Positions 37,415 to 48,580 of a DNA stretch of 64,000 nucleotides are shown piece by piece. How positions within the stretch are numbered: the first letter of the stretch is position 1; each line of letters opens with the position of its first letter. Made by a program: the position numbers and the translations under genes. The notes under the pieces are model-generated. The model was given only the letters and a program-made list of their open reading frames with translations. It had not been told where the DNA came from and ran no database searches. The DNA comes from Octopus bimaculoides (taxonomy: Eukaryota): the NCBI RefSeq assembly GCF_001194135.2, contig NC_068993.1, forward strand, positions 4,953,930 to 5,017,929. The letters run 5' to 3'.

Positions 37415-37495
37415 TTATTTAAAAGCAGCAGAAATATAACAAAAAAACCGTTACTCTGAGTTTCACGTTCCCGTTCATCGGACAGTGCTTACTCC

Positions 37496-37497
<2 letters not shown>
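37413..37497 (-). mobile_element. 85-bp element between two (TA)n arrays, carrying a hammerhead motif and AATAAA
   Basis: Unique sequence bounded by (TA)n on both sides. - strand reads CCGGAGTAAGC-[HHR]-T7 GTTATATTTCTGCTGCTTTTA-AATAAA-G-(TA)n. Confidence 0.65.
37447..37486 (-). ncRNA. Candidate minimal type I hammerhead ribozyme
   Basis: ACUGU-CCGAUGA-ACG-GGAA-CGU-GAAA-CUCAGAG-UA^ACGGU. Stem I 5 bp (one G-U), stem II 3 bp with GGAA loop, palindromic stem III ACUC-A-GAGU. Core is canonical except U4C. Confidence 0.7.
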
Positions 37498-37561
<64 letters not shown>

Positions 37562-37949
37562 CAGACGTATGAACATAGAGGTTGACAGAGAGACAAACAG
37601 ACAGACAGACAGATAGACAGATAGAGATATGAAAAAAATAAATATGCATTAGAATATCTGTCTTATGTTTCTTCTAAAAGCTTTTAAATAAACCAAAATA
37701 AACAAATGGTAGATATTTTGGTATAGCTGTAAATATCTTAATCCCACACCATTTATGGATTGAATTTCAACCCCTCGTTAATATTACTCCATTAATAATG
37801 GATTAAACAAGCCTGTAGTTTTATTTTCCAGTAAGTAGCTAAACCCAGCATCCTACCTTGTAGGAAGACAGAAATATTAATAATTGTGTAACAGCTGTTA
37901 TATATTTAAAATATTAGATTATTTATCATATTATATTATTTATAATATA

Positions 37950-38055
37950 TCATGGGTGTGGCTGGGTGGTAAGAAGTTTGCTTCCCGACTATATGGTTCT
38001 GGGTTCAGTCCCTCTGCATGTCACCTTGAGCAAGTGTCTCCTACTATAGCCCCAG
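37950..38055 (+). mobile_element. SINE S1 head
   Basis: GGTGTGGCTGGGTGGTAAGAAGTTTGC...GGGTTCAGTCCC...CACCTTGAGCAAGTGTCT. Confidence 0.82.
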
Positions 38056-38164
38056 AACAAATAAAACTGATATTTTAGGTAGAAAATGTGGCTGGGAGAC
38101 TTCCTTATATTTGAGGTCCAGATTGTCTTGAATTAAGTACAATATTCCGGAGACAGTCATTTGC

Positions 38165-38630
38165 CTGCCTGTAAATTGCTCCCTCCCCCTCTCTCCATTT
38201 TCTTCTCTTTCCATCTCACTCTCACTTCCACTCTCTCTCTCACTCTCTCTTACTCTCTCTTTCTCACTCTGTCTCCTCCTCTCTGTCTTTCCCTTTCTCT
38301 CACTCAATCTCTCTCTTTTCCTTCCTCTCTTCCTCCCTCTCTCCCTCTCTTTCCCCTCTCTTTCCCCTCTCTCTCACTCTCTCTCACTCTCTCCCCATCT
38401 CTCTGTCCCTCCTTCTCTCTCTCCCTCACACTTTTCATTCCCACTCTTTATTTCCCTTCTCTCTCACTCTTTCTCTTTCAGTCTCTCTCCCTCCCGCCCC
38501 CTCTCTCAGTTTCAGTCCCCCTCTTCGTCCCTCCCTCACTTTCTTCTCTCCCTCCCTCTCTCCCCCTTTCTCTCTCTCGCTCATTTCCTCTCTCTCTCGC
38601 TCATTTCCTCTCTCTTTCTCTCCATTCCAG
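38165..38630. repeat. About 460-bp polypyrimidine (CT-rich) low-complexity tract
   Basis: Almost purely C/T on the + strand. Confidence 0.95.
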
Positions 38631-39676
38631 CTGAAACTTTAGTTTATTTCTATAAAGTGTTGTTTATCATTTCTTGTCAGCTCAATTCATTTCCGATGAG
38701 ATTTGTTTATTTTCATTGAATATAAACAAAATTCATTTAATTTGTTCAGCAAAAACTTCAATAATTTCTGCCTTGTTTAGGATCTACTTAAGTTTCATTG
38801 AAGTTCTACCAACAGCTACTAGCACCATCTGTTGAAAATGGATGTTTTCATCTTGGCATTTAAGATTGGAAATCTAACCAATTGCAAAAGAATTATTCAG
38901 TTTCAAGAAAGATTCTAAAAACGAATTTCATTCCATCCCCACCCCCAACATCCTGAATGTTATTTGTTGCTTGATAAGTGTGAAGGAGTTTGAAGACAAC
39001 AAATCATTTTGTGATTTATATTCTGTTTAATTTTATTTTTTCCAATTAGATTGTTTACCAGCAATCCCTTCCGTTCAAATGGAAGAAAAAGAAAATGTTA
39101 TTCATTCATTCATGTAATTACAATTTTTATTTGTATAAGTCTTGATACTTGTATTTATAAAGAATGAAAGCTGCACAATAAATTGAAAGAGGCAATTAGT
39201 ACTCGGGGCTGAAAAGAGAGGATTGTGTACAAGATATGCATAGGGCTTTCCACTTCAACGTTGCATCCACCACTATTAATGAGAGCATATAAATAAAAGG
39301 CCAGAAATCCACAGGGGATGAGGTTTAAATTAATTGAATGTTATCAACGGTTTTTATTTATTTCTTCAAACCTGAAGAATTTGTTTAAAAAGTCTATTCC
39401 ACTCTTTGTCATTTCTAAGAAATTTGGAATTTTGGAAAAAAAGTTCCTTCTTTTGCTATGATTAGCCAGAGAAGGAAAAACAGAGCCCCTGACACAGATA
39501 AGAATAAGGAATGAAACCGAAATTATCCTCAGAGGGAAGACCTACACCAAATGTTTCTGACAGAAGGAATTTCAATCAAGGTACCAAAAGATCAAGTGAA
39601 CTAATTCCTCATAGACTGGAATTATTAGTCATCTATATAAGACCCTTCCTCTTAAGAATTATAATTACCATTTTAA

Positions 39677-39897
39677 CCCTTTGGATACCAACCCCCTCAA
39701 GGACCCGATCTGGTTTTATGATATACAAATGCTTGAAGTGATATAAATCCAAGACTTCCATCAAAATCTCATGCTAATTTATTTATCCAAACACCTGCTT
39801 AATAATGACAAAGTTATTCTACTAAATTCTTCATTATTTTCAAAATTAATTGAAAGAAATGCAGAGTATTTCAATAGAAATATGGTATGAAAAGGCT
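39677..39897. mobile_element. piggyBac-type MITE (TTAA TSD, CCCTTT TIR)
   Basis: TTAA(39673-39676)|CCCTTTGGATACCA ... TGGTATGAAAAGGC|T-TTAA(39898-39901). TIR 11/14 complementary. Confidence 0.6.
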
Positions 39898-39947
39898 TTA
39901 AGTGATTGAAATAAAAATCTTCCAGCAAAATTACAAAACTTACTGAT

Positions 39948-40070
39948 GTTCCAAACATCAGCTTAATATTGACAATGTTCTTCTACTAAATTCTTAATTA
40001 TTTCCAAAATTAATTGAAATGATGGCAGTGTATTTCTTTAGAAATGTGGTAATGAAAAGGTTATATTTAA
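39948..40070. mobile_element. Second partial copy (right half) of the same MITE
   Basis: CCAAACA.C.GCTTAATA.TGACAA.GTT.TTCTACTAAATTCTT.ATTATTT.CAAAATTAATTGAAA...GGTA.TGAAAAGG repeats 39787-39896. Confidence 0.7.
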
Positions 40071-40199
40071 TTACAGGAAATAATTAATGCAAGCTCTACT
40101 GAAATTATAAATATTTTTAACAGTTGGTCAACAGTAAAATTGTTCATCAAAAGCAGAAATATATTCTGAAAATTAAAAAAATATGGCCATGCACTATAT

Positions 40200-40380
40200 T
40201 AGCTTCAAATTTTGGCACAAGGCCAGCAATTTGGGGGAAGGGGTGGGGTAGTCTATTACATCAATTTCAATGTGCAACTAGTACTTATTTTATCAACCCC
40301 AAAAACGATGAAAGGCAAAATTAGCCTCACCAGAATTTGAACTCAGAACATACTGATGATTCTGCCAGCTCACCACTTTA
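40200..40380 (-). mobile_element. SINE S3
   Basis: TTTGGCACAAGGCCAGCAAT...GATGAAAGGCAAAATT...AATTTGAACTCAGAAC...CTGCCAGCTCACCAC. Confidence 0.8.
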
Positions 40381-40584
40381 TTGTCTATGTGATATATTAA
40401 TCATATTGATACAGACTCTGTATTGGTTGATACTGCTAGTAGTGCAGGCTTTTTATTGATTGATCTGCCAAATAAATGACAGATAGGGTAGTAGACATAT
40501 AGAAGTTCATAAATTATTTTTTTTAAGCTGTAGAATTTCTTGGACATGGAACTGACTTCTGGCTGCTTCATTTACCAGAGTTCA

Positions 40585-40735
40585 TGCATGGCTGTGTAGA
40601 TAAGAAGTTTGCTTCCCAGTTATGTGGTCTCAGGTTCAGTCCAACAATGTGACTGTTTGAACCAAGGTTTGACCAAAACATTGAGTAGATTTGGTAAATG
40701 GAAACTAAAAGAAACATCTAGGGGTGTATTCTTCC
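40585..40735 (+). mobile_element. SINE S1 5' half, diverged
   Basis: CATGGCTGTGTAGATAAGAAGTTTGC...GGTTCAGTCC...GATTTGGTAAATGGAAACTAAAAGAA. Confidence 0.72.
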
Positions 40736-40839
40736 TCTCACTCAAACGTGGTCTTTAGTTTTCTGAGTTACAAAGCAGCCCTGGTACTGTGAACATATAT
40801 AAACTCATACATCTATATCTATCTATTTTTCTATCTATC

Positions 40840-40890
40840 TATCTAACTGTATATATATATATATATATAAATTTGATTTGGTGGTGGTGG

Positions 40891-40969
<79 letters not shown>

Positions 40970-41010
40970 ATAATAACAACAACAACAACAACAATAATAA
41001 TAATATAATT
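40840..41010. repeat. (TA)n, (GGT)n, (GAT)n, (AAC)n, (AAT)n series
   Basis: Directly visible. Confidence 0.95.
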
Positions 41011-42089
41011 GAAATATAACAAAAAATGTCTTCACCTAATTGGCAAAGCTACAAAGAGGAACAAACTATTATTGTTATATATCACAGTTTGATATTGAGT
41101 TTTTGCCAGTTTTGTGGCCCTGTCTGTGTTAGATGGCTGTGAAGATTAATGGTAATAATGTGCCCTATTCCCTTGACACTGGCATTATTCACACACAGGT
41201 GTGTAATTCTATATACATGCATTAGAACGCATCATTTGTGCTTGAAGTACATGTTTGTATATATGCGTGTGTGTGTGTGTGTACCTGTTTATGTGTATAT
41301 GGCCTGTACCCCATAAGAGTTTACTTGTATTTTTTTGTTTGTGTGAATGAATATGTCCATCTATCTGTCTGTTTATCTGAGTGTAACTCATTTAAGTTTT
41401 TGGCCTTTGACCATTTCATAAAAATTCCATTTGGCTGCAAACAGTTAAGCTGTCCACATTTGGGCACTAAAAAACTATTTTCAAATTAACACCCCACTTT
41501 AAATCTAAATATACACCATTTAAAAACCTGCCAAGAAAACTCAGATATACAGAAAAACAATAAAGATAAAAAACCATAATATTCTTCAGTAACCATTTTT
41601 ATTTTCCATTTAAAATTCTTTTCATGTGTTTATATATTTATCTTTTTTCCTTCTTTAAACTCATTATAATTATCTGATTATCTTTTGTTACCAAAATATT
41701 CAAGATATTTTGGATGTTTTACTTAAGCTAATTCCTAGCAATCACAGGATTTGAAATCAGTTAATTAGTGTTTGCAAGTTGGCACTGAAGAGCTTAAAGA
41801 TGATAATATTTTAAACGCTAGAAGACACCAGTGAAAATAAGCAAAATAGTTGATGAGTTAGAGAGATAAACTCATCATTTTCAACAAGCTCTCACTGCAG
41901 TCAACCAAACATATTTAATCCTATTAGCTGATCTTGTCAATAAACAATGGTACTCTGGACAATTAGGTAGTTTTCGCTTTCCCGTTCTAGCTTTTATTTC
42001 TTAAGGGGTTATTTTTAATTGTTCTAAACAAAGGATTTAAAAATCATTTTTTGGACCAATATTTTTAATCATAGGTTCACAAACATTAC

Positions 42090-42235
42090 TGTGTGTTTAG
42101 GAAGTTCGCTCCTTGGTTACATCAAGTTCAGTCTCTTTGAGTGTCGTCTTGGGCAGGTATCTTCTGTTGTGGCTCCTAGCATACCAAAGCTTCGTGAATG
42201 GGTTTGGTTGATGTAAACTGAAAGAAGCCTGTCAT
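42090..42235 (+). mobile_element. SINE S1 5' half, diverged
   Basis: GTGTGTTTAGGAAGTTCGC...AAGTTCAGTC...CTTGGGCAGGTATCTTCT...AAACTGAAAGAAGCCTGTC. Confidence 0.65.
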
Positions 42236-42304
42236 ATGTGCATGTGGATGTGTATTTCCTTATCTTGACATCACATTATTGTTATAAACGCATGCCACCA
42301 TCAT

Positions 42305-42522
42305 ACACGGTGTGACTGGCCCTCGTGCCGGTGGCACGTAAAAGCACCCACTACACTCTCTGAGTGGTTGGCGTTAGGAAGGGCATCCAGCTGTAGAAAC
42401 TCTGCCAGATCGGATTGGAGCCTGGTGCAGCCTTCTGGCTTGCCAGTCCTCAGTCAAATCGTCCAACCCATGCTAGCATGGAAAGCGGGCGTTAAACGAT
42501 GATGATGATGATGATGATGATG
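42305..42522 (+). mobile_element. RTE-type LINE 3' UTR (R1), low divergence
   Basis: GGTTGGCGTTAGGAAGGGCATCCAGCTGTAGAAACTCTGCC...CCAACCCATGCTAGCATGGAAAGCGGGCGTTAAAC(GAT)n. CpGs intact. Confidence 0.88.
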
Positions 42523-42529
42523 ATCCCGG

Positions 42530-42760
42530 AGAGATGTTATGCCACATTCTTGGCTGAAGGACGAAACGACTCCCACATGGAAGGTCCTAGAAATACCAGG
42601 TCCCTACATCAACAGGAGCAAACGTTGCAAGCTGTGCATAGCAGAAAGGGTGAGGATATTAAAGAACTCCCTCGACCCGGGGAACATCTTAAATTGTAGG
42701 AGAGAATCATCAGGCCCTGCTTACACTTCAGGTGATTCCTACTGAAATCCTGGGACCTGC
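42530..42760 (+). pseudogene. Penelope-like element GIY-YIG endonuclease C-terminal fragment
   Basis: WLKD...TWKVLEIPGPYINRSKRCKLCIAERVRILKN...NILNCRRE, then (frameshift) IIRPCLHFR*FLLKS. Matches the PLE ending W.IL...PY....KRCxLC..EK..IL...LN.R.E....C.H..KFLL. Confidence 0.82.
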
Positions 42761-43899
42761 AAGCAGACTGGGTGGATTCTGGATGACAGTCTAAGGGAGA
42801 CAATCCTTTGCACTTGATCCTCCTTTTATGTCTGTGGGTTCATAAACTAGCCACAAGGCCTTTTCTCCGGCCATTTTGAAGAGAGATTATAGGCCACCGG
42901 CCATTAGGGTCTGACAAGATGTACGTAAAGCAAATCGCTTTATGGACACAAAGCCCTGGGTAATGCTATGAACCAGCCAAAGCTATCTTTATCTAAATAC
43001 TCTACTACTCTTTAGCTTAGAGTGTGTTTCTCTTTCAGATTTATGTTTTACTGACAATATATATATATATATANNNNNNNNNNNNNNNNNNNNNNNNNNN
43101 NNNNNNNNNNNNNNNNNNNNNNNNNNNNNNNNNNNNNNNNNNNNNNNNNNNNNNNNNNNNNNNNNNNNNNNNNNAATGTTAGATAATAATGCTCTTTATT
43201 TTTTTGTATCGTGTAAAAACAAAATAGTTCCAAATTCTTTAATGTAGAATATTTACCAAGCATTATCATCAACAGAACCGTATTCTTCAATTTAAAATCC
43301 ATAGCAGACATTTATCTTTAATGGTTAAATTAAACATGAAATACACAAGATACTTACTTAGGATTACAGAAAACAAAATTCTTTTCCAGAAATTTCAAAG
43401 GTGACCGTTCTATTTATTTAATTATTTATTACCATTTGTATTTCTGTTTTAGGTGATGTTAAATGTCCCATAAGGTGTTATATTTTTGCACACTTTCCTT
43501 CATAAAGTGAGAAAATATTTGAGAAACAATGATAATTTTTTTTTCTGTATTATCTATTTATTATTTGAAATCCAATTTCTTAGTAAAATAATTTAAATTT
43601 ATGTTAGACTCTTCCAATTATATACATCTGTTTTCTGACTATTTACAACAGGAAATTTATTCTAAAACACACAAATAGGAAAAAAAAAAGAATATTTATA
43701 AATATAAGTTATTTTGATAATATTTAGAATTCACAAACCATTTTCTGAAGTGTTTTTATCTTTTTGTATAAATATTCTATTTAATGATTTATTTTTCAAC
43801 CAGTTTGCTTTCCTTTCTCTTTAAAAAGACAGGAGAATATTTTAAACATCTCAAAATATTCTTGAAAATAAAGTACTTTACAAAAATCTCAAACTTGTG

Positions 43900-43990
43900 T
43901 ACAGGCATTGTTGTGTGGTTAAGAAGCCCAGTTTGTTACCATGTGGTTTCAGGTTCAATCCCACAGTGTAGGACCTTGATTTAGTGTATT
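43900..43990 (+). mobile_element. SINE S1 head
   Basis: GGCATTGTTGTGTGGTTAAGAAG...GGTTCAATCCCACAGTG...CCTTG. Confidence 0.65.
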
Positions 43991-44310
43991 TTACTTGCTG
44001 GGGCTGCCTGCTGGAGTCTAGCAGCAGGTATTTAAAGGGAAATTTGACAAGACAGTCAGTCGGCCACTGACACTCGTTGACGCTGCATCGAAGAGGCTAG
44101 GGAACAGAAGAAAGAAGACATGCACTCAACACCAGAGCTGAAGACACCTCCGAAAGGGGGGCGGGTGCCACGTCAAAACAGTAGAGGAGTAGGGGCCGAA
44201 ACCGGACAGGGTTCCTCCTGATGATGGCTTGAGCTAACTGGATCCTATAAAGGAGCTGTTGTGGTAGCATGAAACATGGTAGATGGAAACTGTGGAAACC
44301 TACTGTATAT

Positions 44311-44607
44311 CTACACAAAGCCAACAACCCTGGCTGCCTCATTGTTTCTGCCTGTAACTGCCCCACAGAACCCATCTCCAGATACCTCAACCTCATCGTT
44401 TCCCCTTTCGTCACTGCCATCCCATCTCATATACATGACACTGACTACACCCTTCACCTCTTCAATTCCTTCTCCTTCCCTTACAGCCCTTCACACCTCC
44501 TTTTCACCATGGACATAAAATCCCTGTACACAGTGATCCCTCACAACTACGGCCTCTTAGCCCTTCAATACTTCCTCAACCGTCGCCCTGACCCCACACC
44601 CAGCACC
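44311..44607 (+). pseudogene. Penelope-like element reverse transcriptase fragment
   Basis: LHKANNPGCLIVSACNCPTEPISRYLNLIVSPFVTAIPSHIHDT...LLFTMDIKSLYTVIPHNYGLLALQYFL matches PLE RT motifs KIHK..PGRPIVS..CPTE.IS and FTMDVxSLYTxIPH. 99 codons with no stop. Confidence 0.92.
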
Positions 44608-44842
44608 TGGTGGTGGTGGTGGTGGTGATGGTGGTGGTGATGATGGTGATGATGGTGACGTCGATGATGATAATGATGATGGTAACGATGATGATAATGA
44701 TCATCACCATCATGCTCATGATGACAACAACGACATTAACACCATGATGGTGATGACAAGTTGACAATGATGAGGATGATGATGATGATGGTGGTGATGA
44801 TGATGATGATGATGATGATAATGATGATATTGATGATGATAA
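44608..44842. repeat. (GGT)/(GAT) trinucleotide mosaic running into a gap
   Basis: Directly visible. Confidence 0.95.
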
Positions 44843-45744
44843 NNNNNNNNNNNNNNNNNNNNNNNNNNNNNNNNNNNNNNNNNNNNNNNNNNNNNNNNNN
44901 NNNNNNNNNNNNNNNNNNNNNNNNNNNNNNNNNNNNNNNNNNNNNNNNNNNNNNNNNNNNNNNNNNNNNNNNNNNNNNNNNNNNNNNNNNNNNNNNNNNN
45001 NNNNNNNNNNNNNNNNNNNNNNNNNNNNNNNNNNNNNNNNNNNNNNNNNNNNNNNNNNNNNNNNNNNNNNNNNNNNNNNNNNNNNNNNNNNNNNNNNNNN
45101 NNNNNNNNNNNNNNNNNNNNNNNNNNNNNNNNNNNNNNNNNNNNNNNNNNNNNNNNNNNNNNNNNNNNNNNNNNNNNNNNNNNNNNNNNNNNNNNNNNNN
45201 NNNNNNNNNNNNNNNNNNNNNNNNNNNNNNNNNNNNNNNNNNNNNNNNNNNNNNNNNNNNNNNNNNNNNNNNNNNNNNNNNNNNNNNNNNNNNNNNNNNN
45301 NNNNNNNNNNNNNNNNNNNNNNNNNNNNNNNNNNNNNNNNNNNNNNNNNNNNNNNNNNNNNNNNNNNNNNNNNNNNNNNNNNNNNNNNNNNNNNNNNNNN
45401 NNNNNNNNNNTATATATATATATATATATGTATATGTATATGTATCCATGGACGTATATATGACTGCATGTATGTATGCATGCATATGTGTATTATTTAT
45501 ATTCAGATGAACTTTTACAAGTTCATGTTCTGTTTAGTGAAGAGTCTCTAATATTCCAAGCAATTTTGCTTTGAGAAGAGAGAAAAGTCTTTTCCTTTGT
45601 TCATTGGCCTCCAAGAATTTGAACATGAAAGAGAATGATGGAAAGAAGCAGAGGATTAGTGGAAGTACATGAATGAAAGGGGGAGGTTGGGGCCAAAAAG
45701 GAAAATGCTGTATTGGTGAGAAGAAGAAAAGAATATGGTTGAGA

Positions 45745-45932
45745 GTGACATAAAAGCACCCACTACACTCTCTTGGAGTGGTTTGCGTTAGGAAGGTCAT
45801 CCAGCTGTAGAAACTTTGCTAGATCGGATTGGAGCCTGGTGCAGCCTCCTGGCTCTCCAGTCCTCAGTCAAACCATCAAAACCCATGCCCGCATGGGAAG
45901 TGGACGTTAAACGATAATGATGATGATGATGA
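45745..45932 (+). mobile_element. RTE-type LINE 3' UTR (R1)
   Basis: AAAAGCACCCACTACACTCTC...TTAGGAAGGTCATCCAGCTGTAGAAAC...GGACGTTAAACG(ATG)n. Confidence 0.85.
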
Positions 45933-46169
45933 TCTATATATTGAAATTGTAGTTGTGGCTTGAAACCAAAGTTCTGGCTGGTGCCGGTGACATATAACAG
46001 CATCTGTGCCAGTGGCACATTAAAGCACCTGTGCCGTATATATGTATGTACGTATGTATGTATGTATGGATGGATGGATGGATGCATGTATGAGTATGTG
46101 TGTGTATGTATGTAGGAATGCATGGATAGATGAATAGCTGGATGGATGGATGGATGGATGAATGGATGC

Positions 46170-46228
<59 letters not shown>

Positions 46229-47197
46229 CATACACACGTGTGTGTTTCAAAATGTCAAAATTAGCCATGTGACCAGTTTGTTTCCCCAGATACTTCTTTG
46301 TTCGTTATAGGTTTGCAATTTTCTCATTTGCATATGAATTAAATGAAGCAAAAACGAATTAAAGAGATAATTCCTGATCATTTGATTCTCAAGTATTAAA
46401 TTAAAGGCAGGGGCAAGGGTTATATAATTCTAAATAACGTTGGAATTTAGTGTGTTTGCTCCTGTCAAGTAACACCAAGATTTAGAGAAAGCCATAACAG
46501 ACGGTCGTCAGTTTAAGCTTTATGAAAGAATTTTAATATTTAACCTTGAAAATGCAATTAGAGTCGCAGCAAGACAGCCAGAGAAGTGCAGGCGTAATCC
46601 TATTGACTATAAAACCGTATGGGTCACTGAGTACACAAAAGTACAAACTAAATTGAGTAGGAGACTATTACAACCATTAAATAACAATTATTCTGTGACC
46701 AATGTACACCATTAATCTATAAAAACAGCACTTAATCTAATTTTTATGTCAATTATCAACAGCTTTAGAATATCAAGAGATTCCATCATATGAACTTGGT
46801 TACATCAGTCACATGTTGTGTGATATTATTCTCCTCTATTAGTGAAATAGCCATCCAGTTAAGAAGAGAAAAGAAAAAGAAAAAAAAACATGCCAAAGAC
46901 ATCAATATCGACAACGTTAATATGATTAAGAAAATATCTTTTAAAAAGCAACACTAGCTATTAAATCAAAGCATATTCAATTTTTTTTTTAAGGAAGAAA
47001 ATTTGCATATCTTATTTCTTTTTTTGTTGTTGTTGCTGTTGTTCACTAATATTATGGGGACATTAGAATATTAACGAAAATTTAAATGGTTTTATTCTGG
47101 AATTTCTAATATGAACTGAAGCATCCTCAGAAAGAAATAGAATTTGCTGCTGTAAAATAAGAAGCTTATTGTGGTTCTTAAAGAATCTTCTTAAAGG

Positions 47198-47360
47198 TGC
47201 AAGCGTGACTGTGTGGTAAGAAGCTTACTTTTCAGCAACATGATCCTAAGTTCAGTCCCACTGTGTGGCACCTTGGGTAAAGGTCTTCTTCTATAGCTTC
47301 AGGCTAACCAAAGTCTTGTGAGTGGATTTGGTAGATGGAGACTGAAAGAAGCCCATCATT
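47198..47360 (+). mobile_element. SINE S1 5' half, running into (TA)n and a gap
   Basis: GCGTGACTGTGTGGTAAGAAGC...GTTCAGTCCCACTGTGTGGCACCTTGGG...ACTGAAAGAAGCCC. Confidence 0.85.
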
Positions 47361-47363
47361 TAT

Positions 47364-47409
<46 letters not shown>

Positions 47410-48261
47410 NNNNNNNNNNNNNNNNNNNNNNNNNNNNNNNNNNNNNNNNNNNNNNNNNNNNNNNNNNNNNNNNNNNNNNNNNNNNNNNNNNNNNNNNNNN
47501 NNNNNNNNNNNNNNNNNNNNNNNNNNNNNNNNNNNNNNNNNNNNNNNNNNNNNNNNNNNNNNNNNNNNNNNNNNNNNNNNNNNNNNNNNNNNNNNNNNNN
47601 NNNNNNNNNNNNNNNNNNNNNNNNNNNNNNNNNNNNNNNNNNNNNNNNNNNNNNNNNNNNNNNNNNNNNNNNNNNNNNNNNNNNNNNNNNNNNNNNNNNN
47701 NNNNNNNNNNNNNNNNNNNNNNNNNNNNNNNNNNNNNNNNNNNNNNNNNNNNNNNNNNNNNNNNNNNNNNNNNNNNNNNNNNNNNNNNNNNNNNNNNNNN
47801 NNNNNNNNNNNNNNNNNNNNNNNNNNNNNNNNNNNNNNNNNNNNNNNNNNNNNNNNNNNNNNNNNNNNNNNNNNNNNNNNNNNNNNNNNNNNNNNNNNNN
47901 NNNNNNNNNNNNNNNNNNNNNNNNNNNNNNNNNNNNNNNNNNNNNNNNNNNNNNNNNNNNNNNNNNNNNNNNNNNNNNNNNNNNNNNNNNNNNNNNNNNN
48001 NNNNNNNNNNNNNNNNNNNNNNNNNNNNNNNNNNNNNNNNNNNNNNNNNNNNNNNNNNNNNNNNNNNNNNNNNNNNNNNNNNNNNNNNNNNNNNNNNNGA
48101 GGGGACAGAAGTGGAGAGGGAGAAAAGGGAGAGGGAAGAAGCAGAAAGGGAAGAGGGGAAATGGGAAGAAGCAGAGAGGGTGGGGGAGGAGGAGGAGGAG
48201 AACTCTTTTCCATTTTCATTTTCAATGTCATTTCCAAAGCTTCATAATTGGCATTCCTCCA

Positions 48262-48580
48262 TCAGTTATGATGTCAAGGGTCCCAATTGATCCGATCCAT
48301 GGAACTGCTTGCTCATGAAATTAATCTGCAAGTGGCTGAGCATTCCAAAGACATGCGTACCCTTAACACTGTTCTCAGAGAGATTCAGCATGACACAGAA
48401 TATGGTAAGGCTTGCTCCTTTGAAATTACAGTTACAACTTGTTTTCACCAGTTGGGTAGACTGAAGCAATGTGAAATAAAGTGTCTTGCTCAAGGACACA
48501 TCAAGGTGCCAGGAAACCAACTCATGTCCTTACAATATTGAGCTGAACGCTTTAGCCACTAAGCCACAAGCCTGCATACC
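48262..48580 (-). mobile_element. SINE S2b, full length
   Basis: Inverse of 10995-11350. Head GGCTTAGTGGCTAAAGCGTTCAGCTC...GTGTCCTTGAGCAAGACACTTTATTTCACATTGC. Confidence 0.78.

Noticed and set aside
42900-42960. GGGTCTGACAAG... downstream of the Penelope EN as a possible hammerhead
   Set aside because: G8 and the GAAA-stem III-UH arrangement are missing.
44240-44275. KGAVVV resembling the PLE DKGGAVVV motif upstream of the RT fragment
   Set aside because: Different frame, and separated from the RT by a short S1-like segment (TGGTAGATGGAAACTG); probably coincidental.
46318-46340. Octamer motif ATTTGCAT in unique DNA as a regulatory site
   Set aside because: A single 8-mer in AT-rich sequence is expected by chance; no linked gene.
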